A stretch of DNA of 64,000 nt from a virus. Lineage: Duplodnaviria; Caudoviricetes. The stretch is taken from IMG/VR virus record IMGVR_UViG_3300033068_001747; one strand, given 5' to 3'. Of this stretch, positions 39,263-48,391 are shown piece after piece. A program made the translations under genes and the position numbers. Position 1 is the stretch's first letter. Every line of letters starts with the position of its first letter. The notes beneath the pieces were generated by a model. It saw nothing but the letters and a program-made list of their open reading frames with translations, ran no database searches and was not told where the DNA came from.

Positions 39263-40105
39263 ATGGTAACAAGAGTAGCACCCTCTCCAACTGGTTTTTT
39301 CCACTTAGGAACTTTAAGAACTGCACTACTTGCTTGGCTTCAAGCAAGAGCTAATAACGGTACATTCATTTTAAGAATTGATGATACCGATCAAGAAAGA
39401 AATAAACCAGAGTGGATTGATTATATCTACGAGCAAATGTCTGAGTTTGGTTTAGATCACGACATTACTTTCAGACAATCTGAGAGATTAGACCGTTACA
39501 GAGAAGTAGCTGAGAAAATCGGTACTAAAACTGAGAATGGTTACGAGTTAGATATGGGAGAGTACTCAATGGTTATTCTTAGAAATAACGGGTTCCCTAC
39601 ATATAACTTCTGTTCAATTTTAGATGATTATGACTATGATGTAACTAATATCATTAGAGGTGTTGACCACATTGCAAATGAGGCAAAACAACGTATTATC
39701 TGGGATAAGATTTGTGAAGTAGAAGGAGATAAAACATTTCCAGTAATTACACATGCTGGATTACTTTTCGACGGTAATGCTAAATTATCTAAGAGAAAAG
39801 GTAATGGTACAACAGAAGATTACAAAGATTACAGTAGAGCTGCTATCTTAAACTGGTTGGTTAAATTTGGTTGGTCACACCCAGATCCATTGTTTGATAA
39901 GAAACACCCTACTTTAAGTATAGACGAAATGATTGCTCTTTTCAACGAAGGAAACATTTCAGATAGAAACTGTAAAATCGATAAAGCTAAATTAGAGTTC
40001 CTAAATAAAAAATGGAAAGCAATTGAGAAAAGAGGTGGTGCAGGTTCAACAAAAGAAATCGTAGTTGAGTCAAAACTTTTAAAGTTTGACGAGTTTCAAA
40101 AATAA
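39263..40105 (+). CDS. gltX: Minimal glutamyl-tRNA synthetase-like protein without anticodon-binding domain
   Basis: TRVAPSPTGFFHLG, LRIDDTD, GFPTYNF, IIRGVDH, KLSKR; 280 aa. Confidence 0.85.
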   Translation: MVTRVAPSPTGFFHLGTLRTALLAWLQARANNGTFILRIDDTDQERNKPEWIDYIYEQMSEFGLDHDITFRQSERLDRYREVAEKIGTKTENGYELDMGEYSMVILRNNGFPTYNFCSILDDYDYDVTNIIRGVDHIANEAKQRIIWDKICEVEGDKTFPVITHAGLLFDGNAKLSKRKGNGTTEDYKDYSRAAILNWLVKFGWSHPDPLFDKKHPTLSIDEMIALFNEGNISDRNCKIDKAKLEFLNKKWKAIEKRGGAGSTKEIVVESKLLKFDEFQK

Positions 40106-40137
40106 TAAAAAAAGTCTTACATTTTTGTAAGACTTTT

Positions 40138-40605
40138 TTATTTTTTATATCTTTCTAAATCAAATTTTCCATAAACACGTTTTTCATCTAAATAAATCTT
40201 TATATCATAAATTAGTATTTTATTCATACTATATTCATATGGAAGATTTCTACCCAACCAGTCTTTAAACTTGTCATCATTCATATCATAATACTTAGAT
40301 TCAACGTCACCATCATTATCAAGTGATCTTAAATCCAATAAACTATTCTTTAAATAATATGTCTGTTCTAAATAATGATAGAAAGGAATAATATAATCTT
40401 TTATATTATTCCAATGTAATGGTTTTTTAAATGAGACTTTAACGTAAGTACCATAAACATGACTATTGTTGGTACAAACTAATGAAACATTATCATCATC
40501 AAGTAAATAAGCTAAATGTTGTTCACAAAAATCTTGAAACTCTTCCTTAAATTGTTGTTTCATTTCTTGTTGACTCTTAGCTTCAAACAATTTAATATAC
40601 TTCAT
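40138..40605 (-). CDS. LAYLLD-family paralog with MKYIKLFE leader
   Basis: FCEQHLAYLLD, WNNIKDYIIPF. Confidence 0.6.
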   Translation of the reverse strand: MKYIKLFEAKSQQEMKQQFKEEFQDFCEQHLAYLLDDDNVSLVCTNNSHVYGTYVKVSFKKPLHWNNIKDYIIPFYHYLEQTYYLKNSLLDLRSLDNDGDVESKYYDMNDDKFKDWLGRNLPYEYSMNKILIYDIKIYLDEKRVYGKFDLERYKK

Positions 40606-40653
40606 AGTGTATATATTATTTATTTTATATATATTTGTAAAAATTTAGAAATC

Positions 40654-41298
40654 ATGAGTAAGTATAACAGAACATATCATTTACCTTGGTCACCTGGAAC
40701 TACCAGTGATGATAGAATATCTAATAGTGTCGAATCACTATTGGGTACAGAGATTGTTATTACTGAAAAGTTGGATGGTGAAAATTGCGGAATGACAGAT
40801 GAAGGAGTTTATGCCAGAAGTCATGCTACCTTTACAACGTCTCCTTGGTCAAGAGAAGTAAGACAACTTCATAAAGTTAAAGTAGAGAATATGTTAGGAG
40901 AAGGAGTTCTCTTATTTGGAGAAAATATGGAAGGTATTCACTCAATTGAATATAGTAATCTTGAGTCATACTTTTATATTTTCGGTGTTAGAGATAATGA
41001 AATTTGGATCCCGTGGGAACAAGTTGAAGAGTATTCTTACTTATTAGATATACCTACTGTACCAGTTTTATTTAAAGGTGTTGTAAACACAGTTAAAGAA
41101 TTACAAGAAATTGTCGAAGATTTAGTAAGTAAACCTTCTGAATTAGGTGGACAAAGAGAAGGTATCGTAGTAAGAAATGCAGGAATGTTTCACAATGACG
41201 ACTTTGCAGATAACGTAATGAAATGGGTAAGAAAGGGACACGTTCAAACAGATGAACATTGGACTAGAAATTGGAAGAAAGCCGAAATAAAAAGATAA
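40654..41298 (+). CDS. RNA ligase family protein
   Basis: KY.RTYHLPWSPG...DD, EKLDGEN, FGEN, EGIVVR, KWVR. Confidence 0.85.
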   Translation: MSKYNRTYHLPWSPGTTSDDRISNSVESLLGTEIVITEKLDGENCGMTDEGVYARSHATFTTSPWSREVRQLHKVKVENMLGEGVLLFGENMEGIHSIEYSNLESYFYIFGVRDNEIWIPWEQVEEYSYLLDIPTVPVLFKGVVNTVKELQEIVEDLVSKPSELGGQREGIVVRNAGMFHNDDFADNVMKWVRKGHVQTDEHWTRNWKKAEIKR

Positions 41299-41341
41299 AC
41301 TTTGTTTATCTTTTTTTGTATAAATAAAAAAAAATAAAATT

Positions 41342-41551
41342 ATGGCACTTAGAAATCAAGGTATGATCCGTCAAGGAGAATATGAAGGTAAAACTATTGA
41401 CGAAGCTACTCAATATGCACAAGATGGTGGATATACAGTAAGAATAACAGAGGAAGATGGTCAAGCAAAAATGCTAACCATGGACGTTAATCAAAATAGA
41501 ATTAATTTCAGAGTTAAAAATGGTTATGTAATTGACGCATACGGTGGGTAA
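41342..41551 (+). CDS. Potato-inhibitor-I/I78-like protease inhibitor
   Basis: G.T..EA ... LTMD...NRINF.V.NG.V pattern. Confidence 0.55.
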   Translation: MALRNQGMIRQGEYEGKTIDEATQYAQDGGYTVRITEEDGQAKMLTMDVNQNRINFRVKNGYVIDAYGG

Positions 41552-41616
41552 AATTTTCCAAAAAAAATTAGGTTGATAAACAATTTTGTTATACATTTGA
41601 TAAAAATAATAATATT

Positions 41617-41838
41617 ATGTTTAAATCAGTCTTAGAAACACTTAGTGATACAGAAATTAATGCTATCACACACCAATTGGCAAATCCTAATGTGCCTAAT
41701 AGTTCAATTATTAAGCAATTAAAAGGTAAAGCAAACTATAATATGTCTGAAATCAGAATGGCGTCTGAACAAGATATTCTAGTTCAATTACTTATCGAGG
41801 TAAGTTTAGAACTATCTGAACGAGTTTTAAAACAATAA
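41617..41838 (+). CDS. Hypothetical protein
   Basis: ORF after a TACATTTG promoter. Confidence 0.5.
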   Translation: MFKSVLETLSDTEINAITHQLANPNVPNSSIIKQLKGKANYNMSEIRMASEQDILVQLLIEVSLELSERVLKQ

Positions 41839-41869
41839 AAAAAATCCACTCAATTGAGTGGATTTTTAT

Positions 41870-42286
41870 TTAAAATTTAACACTAGGAAATTTCTTCTTT
41901 TTATTTAAAACTAACCTTCTATATAACTCTAATATTGTAATTACTATTAAAGATATCCAGGCAATAGTGGCAGCAGGTGGGAAAATAACTGCTAATAAAG
42001 CACCAACAAACCCAGCAGTTGTAGAAGTTAACATGTCTAAATTACTAGCTTTTACTTCTGACTCAGTTTTATTGGCACCAAAGAATGCACCTTGTACCCA
42101 TTCAACTAAAAACGCAACTGCTGCTGATGAAAATGTACAAATAAATACATGAAAGAATGTACCAGTATCTCTTAAATTTAAAAAATCATAAGTAACCATT
42201 AGCCATACCCATAATATACAAGTAGGTAATGTTAAAGAGTGTAAATGCCATTTGTTTTTAACAAATAAATCTAAATATTTTTTCAT
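41870..42286 (-). CDS. Membrane protein
   Basis: Several hydrophobic helices. Confidence 0.55.
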   Translation of the reverse strand: MKKYLDLFVKNKWHLHSLTLPTCILWVWLMVTYDFLNLRDTGTFFHVFICTFSSAAVAFLVEWVQGAFFGANKTESEVKASNLDMLTSTTAGFVGALLAVIFPPAATIAWISLIVITILELYRRLVLNKKKKFPSVKF

Positions 42287-42348
42287 AATATCAATTTTAT
42301 TTTTATATATTAAATAAAAAATTAGTACATTTGTAAAAATTATAAATC

Positions 42349-43254
42349 ATGAAGACAAATCTAAAAATTAAAATACTTATCGGAGTACCTGCTTCCGGCA
42401 AATCTACGTGGGCCAAAGATTTTGTAAAAGCAAATGATAATTGGACCAGAGTTAGTAGAGACGACTTTAGAGAAATGTTAAAAAACTCTGGAGTTGTGGA
42501 AAATAAAGTTGAAAATATAATCAATGAATTGGTTGATGCAACAATAGAACAATCATTACTTAAAAAAATGAATGTTATTGTCGATAACACAAATTTAAAA
42601 GATAAATATATTCAAAACATTATTGAGAAGTTTAAGTATAGTGCCGATATAGACTATCAAGTCTTTGATATATCAAAGGACAAAGCGATAGAAAGAGACA
42701 GACAAAGAGATAAGTCTGTAGGTCCAGTTGTTATCAATAAAATGTATAAAGAATATAAAATTCTTATGGATTCATTTGACTTTCAACCTGTCAAAAAAAT
42801 GACAAGACCTCACTTGACCCCAAATTTCAACTCACCTAAACAAGGTGCTGTTATATTTGACATCGATGGTACACTTGCACTTATGGGTCGTAGAGGTCCA
42901 TTTGATTGGATGCAAGTTTATAAAGACGATTTGAACGAAATTGTATCGGAACAGTTACAATTTCATAAAGATAAAGGTAGAAAAGTAATTATTGTAACTG
43001 GTCGTGACGAAGTTTGTCGAGAAGTTACCGAAGAATGGTTAGACTTTCACGGTATTCAGTTTGACGAAATGTATATGAGACCAAAAGATGATTATAGAAA
43101 AGATACCTTAATTAAAAAAGAAATATACGAAAATCATATTAAGCCAAATTATAACTTACTTTGTGTTTATGATGATAGATTAAGTGTAGTTAGAACTTGG
43201 AATGAATTAGGAGTATTTGTATTTAATGTAAATCAAGGAACACATCAATTTTAA
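42349..43254 (+). CDS. pseT: Polynucleotide 5'-kinase/3'-phosphatase (T4 PseT-like)
   Basis: GVPASGKST, SRDDFR, DNTN; IFDIDGTLA, TGR, YDDR. Confidence 0.93.
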   Translation: MKTNLKIKILIGVPASGKSTWAKDFVKANDNWTRVSRDDFREMLKNSGVVENKVENIINELVDATIEQSLLKKMNVIVDNTNLKDKYIQNIIEKFKYSADIDYQVFDISKDKAIERDRQRDKSVGPVVINKMYKEYKILMDSFDFQPVKKMTRPHLTPNFNSPKQGAVIFDIDGTLALMGRRGPFDWMQVYKDDLNEIVSEQLQFHKDKGRKVIIVTGRDEVCREVTEEWLDFHGIQFDEMYMRPKDDYRKDTLIKKEIYENHIKPNYNLLCVYDDRLSVVRTWNELGVFVFNVNQGTHQF

Positions 43255-43321
43255 AGTAAGCAGAGAACCTATCGCTGGAAACAGAGGAAGTTCGCGACTA
43301 CAAAACCTCATTACATATATA
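43253..43321 (+). ncRNA. rnpB: RNase P RNA, 5' fragment (5' strands of P1, P2, P4, P5, P6 plus a mini P3)
   Basis: GAGGAAGTTCGCGACTAC resembles the conserved GAGGAAAGUCCGGGCUCC; complementary to 47103-47250. Confidence 0.75.
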
Positions 43322-43369
43322 TTAAAACTTTTAAACATAAAATAAATATATATTTTAAATAATAAAACT

Positions 43370-43777
43370 ATGTTATTAACTAAAAGCGTTGAATATGCTA
43401 TTAAATCACTCATACTAATCAATTATGATAGTAAAATAAATATCGAATATATTAGTTCTAAACTAGATATACCTAGAAGTTTCACATCAAAAATATTACA
43501 AGTACTTGTAAAAAAGGACTACATCTCTTCTAAAAGAGGCCCAGGTGGTGGTTTTGTAGTAAATGATTATTCAAAAACATTAAAAGATTTAATATGTGAT
43601 ATTGATCATAAATTTGATTATGATAAATGTGTTATGGGATTAAGTGGCTGCTCTGATGAGAATGCTTGTCCTTTACATGAAAATTTCAAAGAAATTAAAA
43701 ATAAAATTTTAAACGAATTAATGATATTAAAAATATCAGATATTTGTAAAAATCCAAATAAAGTTTTAAAACTATAA
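43370..43777 (+). CDS. Rrf2 family transcriptional regulator
   Basis: KSVEYAIKSL, SKRGPGGGF, C-x5-C-x5-C. Confidence 0.9.
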   Translation: MLLTKSVEYAIKSLILINYDSKINIEYISSKLDIPRSFTSKILQVLVKKDYISSKRGPGGGFVVNDYSKTLKDLICDIDHKFDYDKCVMGLSGCSDENACPLHENFKEIKNKILNELMILKISDICKNPNKVLKL

Positions 43778-43800
43778 GAATATTTTTTATATATATAATA

Positions 43801-43832
43801 ATTGTAGATATGAATGTCTTTTTATCTACAAT
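43801..43832. promoter_or_regulatory. Inverted repeat, candidate Rrf2 operator upstream of nrdD
   Basis: attgtagata-N12-tatctacaat perfect 10-bp arms. Confidence 0.45.
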
Positions 43833-43852
43833 TAAAAAAATTATATAAAACT

Positions 43853-45631
43853 ATGTTTACAAAATTAGATGAATTACAAAAAAAGGTTAAAAAGGATTTT
43901 ATAAAGAATTATATAAACTCCAAGAATGCAGCAAGTGGATCATTATTTGATCCAAATTCAAATGTTACTTCTAAAAATATTGCAACTTTAGAAGCAGAAT
44001 TAAACAAAGATATTAACATACAAGTTAATAGGTCTCTTATCTATTCTAAAATAGAAGAAAATTTTGGAACAGAAATGGCAGACTCATATATTAAAGACAT
44101 TGAAGACCACTTAATATATGTTCATGATGAGACATCATTGAAGCCATATTGTGTGAGTATCTCAATGTATCCGTTGTTATTAAATGGTTTAAGTGGCTTA
44201 GGTGGTGAGTCGAAAGCACCTAAACACTTAGCAAGCTTTTGTGGTTCATTTATTAACCTTTTATTCTCAGTGTCATCACAGTTCGCTGGTGCAGTAGCTA
44301 CTGTGGAATTCTTACTTTACTTTGACCACTTTGCAAGATTAGATTATGGAGATGACTACTTAACAACACATAAAAAAATAATAGAGAATGAGTTACAACA
44401 TGTAGTTTATGCTATTAACCAACCTGCCGCGGCAAGAGGTTATCAATCAGTATTTTGGAATATATCTTTATATGATATTGAATATTTTAATTCAATGTTT
44501 GGTGACTTTGTTTTTCCTGATATGGATAAACCAAACTATAGTAGCTTAGATAAACTACAGAAGTTTTTCATGAAATGGTTTAATAAAGAAAGGGAAAATG
44601 CGGTATTAACATTCCCTGTAATCACAGCAGCTATGTTGACTAAAGATAAAAAAGTATATGATGTTAACTTTGGTAACTTTTGTGCAGAAGAGTTAAGTGA
44701 AGGTAATTCATTCTTTATATATCAATCAGAAAGTGCAGATTCATTAGCATCTTGTTGCAGACTAAGAAATGAAATATCTGATAATACTTTTAGCTACTCT
44801 CTTGGTGCTGGTGGTGTATCCACTGGTTCTATAAATGTGATAACTATTAATATGAATAGACTTATTCAAAAAGATATTAGTCTAGATGATTTATTAGATA
44901 GAATATATAAATATCAAATGTCATACCGATATTTAATACAGGATTACTTAGATGCTAAGATGTTACCTGTTTATGATTCTGGTTTTATATCAATTGATAA
45001 ACAATTTCTAACAATAGGTATAAATGGTATGGTTGAATCCGCAGAATATCTTGGAATTGAAATATCAGATAATGATAAATATAAAGACTATATCAATAGT
45101 AGATTGAAAACAATATATGATAAAAATAAATTAGCAAAGATTGAATATGGTTGCATGTTTAATACTGAATTCGTCCCTGCTGAAAATTTAGGAGTAAAAA
45201 ATGCTAAGTGGGACAAAGAAGATGGTCTATTCGTAACAAGAGACTGTTATAACTCATACTTTTATATAGTTGAGGACGAGTCACAGAATGTAGTAGATAA
45301 ATTCTTTTTACATGGAAATGATTATATAAAATATCTAGATGGTGGTAGTGCATATCATTGTAATTTAGAAGATTATCCTACAAAAGAAGGATTCTTTAAG
45401 CTATTAAATGTATCAGCTTATACTGGTTGTAATTATTTTTGCTTTAATATAAAAGTAACAATATGTAATGATTGTGAACATATAAATAAAAAGACTGAAT
45501 ACCATTGTGTGAAATGTGACAGTAGAAATGTAGATCACGCTACAAGAATAATAGGATATCTTAAAAGAATAACTAGCTTCAGTAAAGATAGACAAAAAGA
45601 AGCAGCAAAAAGATATTACAATCAAAAATGA
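43853..45631 (+). CDS. nrdD: Anaerobic (class III) ribonucleotide reductase
   Basis: PYCVS, SCCRL, PAENL, CNDC..CVKC, RIIGYL glycyl-radical motif. Confidence 0.95.
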   Translation: MFTKLDELQKKVKKDFIKNYINSKNAASGSLFDPNSNVTSKNIATLEAELNKDINIQVNRSLIYSKIEENFGTEMADSYIKDIEDHLIYVHDETSLKPYCVSISMYPLLLNGLSGLGGESKAPKHLASFCGSFINLLFSVSSQFAGAVATVEFLLYFDHFARLDYGDDYLTTHKKIIENELQHVVYAINQPAAARGYQSVFWNISLYDIEYFNSMFGDFVFPDMDKPNYSSLDKLQKFFMKWFNKERENAVLTFPVITAAMLTKDKKVYDVNFGNFCAEELSEGNSFFIYQSESADSLASCCRLRNEISDNTFSYSLGAGGVSTGSINVITINMNRLIQKDISLDDLLDRIYKYQMSYRYLIQDYLDAKMLPVYDSGFISIDKQFLTIGINGMVESAEYLGIEISDNDKYKDYINSRLKTIYDKNKLAKIEYGCMFNTEFVPAENLGVKNAKWDKEDGLFVTRDCYNSYFYIVEDESQNVVDKFFLHGNDYIKYLDGGSAYHCNLEDYPTKEGFFKLLNVSAYTGCNYFCFNIKVTICNDCEHINKKTEYHCVKCDSRNVDHATRIIGYLKRITSFSKDRQKEAAKRYYNQK

Positions 45632-46080
45632 GATTTAAAGAATATAATATAGTATTCCAAGAGATACCTAATGAGGTATCTCTTTGTTTCTCTATAACAG
45701 GTTGTAACCTAAGGTGTGATGGTTGTCACTCACCATTTTTATGGAAAATTAATAGCGGTGATTTATTAACAATAGATGTATTAAATACACTTTTAAAAAA
45801 ATATGATAAGATTATATCTTGTGTTCTTTTTATGGGTGGAGAATGGCACACTAAAGAGTTTATTAAAACATTATCTTATATTAGAAGCATGGGTATAAAA
45901 ACCGCTTTATATACAGGGTTAGAACTTGATGATGTTAGTGTGGATATTAGAAATAATTTAGACTATTTAAAGTTTGGACCTTGGATAAAAGAATTAGGTG
46001 GACTTCAATCAAAGACAACAAATCAAAAATTATTAAATATAAATAATGATGAGTGTTTAAATCACTATTTTATTAAATAA
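45628..46080 (+). CDS. nrdG: Class III RNR activase (radical SAM)
   Basis: GCNLRCDGCHS. Confidence 0.93.
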   Translation: MRFKEYNIVFQEIPNEVSLCFSITGCNLRCDGCHSPFLWKINSGDLLTIDVLNTLLKKYDKIISCVLFMGGEWHTKEFIKTLSYIRSMGIKTALYTGLELDDVSVDIRNNLDYLKFGPWIKELGGLQSKTTNQKLLNINNDECLNHYFIK

Positions 46081-46331
46081 ACTTTTTCAATATTAGATTA
46101 TTTAAAGATTAAAATATAAATTAAATTATGACTTTTATAAATATCAGAAATTATTAACCACACTTATAATATGATTCAAAGGATTTTGAACGATTAATGA
46201 TGTTAGGAATAATCCAAATGGATTAGGTGGACAAGCTATGACAAGAACATAAACAATATTTTAAACATGAATATTCTTTTATTCTAAAAGAAAAAATAAC
46301 AATAGAGAGAACAACAAATGAATAAGATTTT

Positions 46332-46553
46332 ATGAAAGTAGTTTGTATAAAAAAATACCTATCTACCAATTTAAGATATGAACTTACTTATGGTAAAATA
46401 TATGAAACTCTACCTAAGTTTCCTAATGATTTAGAAGATGATTATAGAATAGAGTGTGATAGAGGTTTTATAGAATTTTATAGTAAAGATACATTTATAA
46501 CTTTAGAAGATTGGAGAGAACAACAAATAAATAAAATTGTAAATGAATATTAG
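46332..46553 (+). CDS. Small protein with C-terminal tag (paralog of 48878)
   Basis: KVVCI...LT.GK.Y...FITLEDWREQQINKI. Confidence 0.55.
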   Translation: MKVVCIKKYLSTNLRYELTYGKIYETLPKFPNDLEDDYRIECDRGFIEFYSKDTFITLEDWREQQINKIVNEY

Positions 46554-46824
46554 ATGTATATTTGGACATAAATGGGAACTTTCTAAAATAGAAAGAGAGA
46601 TTGAATATAACTTACCTAAGCTTGGTAAAAAAGGTGCTTGGAATGGTTCAGGTAGAAAGGTTATTATGACTACTTCTGATGATATTAGAATATGTAAAAG
46701 ATGTTATAAGAAACAAAAGGCAATGTATAGTCCATTTAGTCATGTTAGAATTGCAGATTGGAGGAATGATGAACTCAGTAAAGATGAACTTAGAGATAAA
46801 AAATTAAAAGAATTAGGTATATGA
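46543..46824 (+). CDS. Zinc-finger-like protein with C-terminal tag
   Basis: CIFGHKW...CKRC; ELRDKKLKELGI. Confidence 0.6.
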   Translation: MNIRCIFGHKWELSKIEREIEYNLPKLGKKGAWNGSGRKVIMTTSDDIRICKRCYKKQKAMYSPFSHVRIADWRNDELSKDELRDKKLKELGI

Positions 46825-47087
46825 GTCTTAAATTAATAGCCAAAAAAACACATATTGTACGTAAAAACATTCAAGGTAATGGTAAAACTAGCCATATTAT
46901 TGAAAAAGGTCAAATATTTACCATCTTTGTCAAACATATTACAAAGTATGACAAAGATGGTGAATTGGTGACTGTTTGTATATACCATATAAAAGATGGT
47001 TGGATTATAAATTTTAAAAACTTTACAACAAAGGAGAAATATACTGCAATCAAAAGACAACATATATTAGATCAAATATTAGGTTAA
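46821..47087 (+). CDS. Hypothetical protein with C-terminal tag
   Basis: IKRQHILDQILG. Confidence 0.5.
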   Translation: MSLKLIAKKTHIVRKNIQGNGKTSHIIEKGQIFTIFVKHITKYDKDGELVTVCIYHIKDGWIINFKNFTTKEKYTAIKRQHILDQILG

Positions 47088-47102
47088 TAAATAAATAAAA
47101 AT

Positions 47103-47250
47103 TATATTTGTAACTTAGGAGACTAACGTCGTTTGTACTAAGGAAGTAGCAAGTCAAACAGTTCGAGGGTGTCGGTTTCCCTATGAGAATGGGTTGATGC
47201 AAAGATAAATGATAGGATAGAACAAAATCGCGGCTAAGCTCACTTACTTT
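47103..47250 (+). ncRNA. rnpB: RNase P RNA, 3' fragment (P5 3' strand, P15-P17, 3' strands of P2, P4, P1)
   Basis: GTAGCAAGTCAAACAG, GGGTTGATGC, AGATAAATGATAGG and ACAAAATCGCGGCT match conserved RNase P segments. Confidence 0.78.
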
Positions 47251-47304
47251 TTAAATTAAAATAAACTTTCATATTTTAAAAACTATACTTAAAAAAAACA
47301 ACTT

Positions 47305-48369
47305 ATGTTAACAACTTTGCTAATTTTAGCTTTACTTGCAGTTTGTATCTTTGAATTTGTAAATGGATTTCACGATACTGCTAATGCCGTTGCGACGGTA
47401 ATTTACACAAAATCTTTAAAACCTAAACAAGCAGTTGTTTGGTCAGGAATTATGAACTTTCTTGGACTTATGACTGGTGGTGTAGGTGTCGCACTTAGTA
47501 TTGTAACACTAATACCCAAAGAACTAATCACTGATACTAACATATACCACTCTATGGGAATGGTTATGTCAATTCTTATTACTGCAATTTTTTGGAATTT
47601 AGCAACTTGGTACAAAGGAATTCCTGCTTCTTCTTCACATACTTTAATCGGCTCAATAATTGGAGTTTCTGTAGGTTACTCTATTTTAACTGGTGTAGAT
47701 TACACTAATTGGGGTAAAATTATTGATATAGGAAAAGCGTTAGCTTTCTCACCTTTATTAGGTTTCACTATGGTTATACTTTTAATGTGGTTTCTAAACA
47801 AAGTTATCAAAAGAAAAGATGTATTTGAAGAGCCAAATGGTGATACTCCACCACCAACTTGGATTAGAGCGACTTTAATTTCAACTTGTACATTAGTTTC
47901 ATTTTTTCACGGAAGAAATGACGGTCAAAAAGGAATTGGTTTAGCAATGATTATACTTATGGCTTTCTTACCTACTTACTTTACATTAGAAACTGTTGAA
48001 AATCCACCAATGTGGGTTATGTGGATGATTGCTACGTCATTAGGATTAGGAACAATGATTGGTTGGAAAAGAATTGTAGTTACAATTGGAGAGAAAATTG
48101 GTAAACAACACTTAACTTATGCACAAGGTGCTTCTTCTGAATTAGTTGCTGCAATCACAATTGGATTATCAACTGCATTTAAACTACCAGTATCAACAAC
48201 ACACATTCTAAGTTCTGGTATTGCAGGGTCAATGGTGGCATCAAAAGGAATAAATAATTTAAAAACTAAAACAATTAAAACAATATTATCCGCTTGGATT
48301 CTTACGTTACCAGTAACAATTGTGGTATCATGTGGATTATTTCTATTATTTAGATATATTTCAGGATAA
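47305..48369 (+). CDS. pit: Inorganic phosphate transporter (PiT family)
   Basis: NGFHDTANAVAT, P.SSSH, HGRND, PVSTTH. Confidence 0.93.
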   Translation: MLTTLLILALLAVCIFEFVNGFHDTANAVATVIYTKSLKPKQAVVWSGIMNFLGLMTGGVGVALSIVTLIPKELITDTNIYHSMGMVMSILITAIFWNLATWYKGIPASSSHTLIGSIIGVSVGYSILTGVDYTNWGKIIDIGKALAFSPLLGFTMVILLMWFLNKVIKRKDVFEEPNGDTPPPTWIRATLISTCTLVSFFHGRNDGQKGIGLAMIILMAFLPTYFTLETVENPPMWVMWMIATSLGLGTMIGWKRIVVTIGEKIGKQHLTYAQGASSELVAAITIGLSTAFKLPVSTTHILSSGIAGSMVASKGINNLKTKTIKTILSAWILTLPVTIVVSCGLFLLFRYISG

Positions 48370-48391
48370 TATATAAAGAAAAACTAAAATT

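Noticed and set aside
46081-46331. Missing RNase P S-domain in the nrdG downstream gap
   Set aside because: AT-rich, no conserved J11/12 or J12/13 motifs; looks like a decayed ORF
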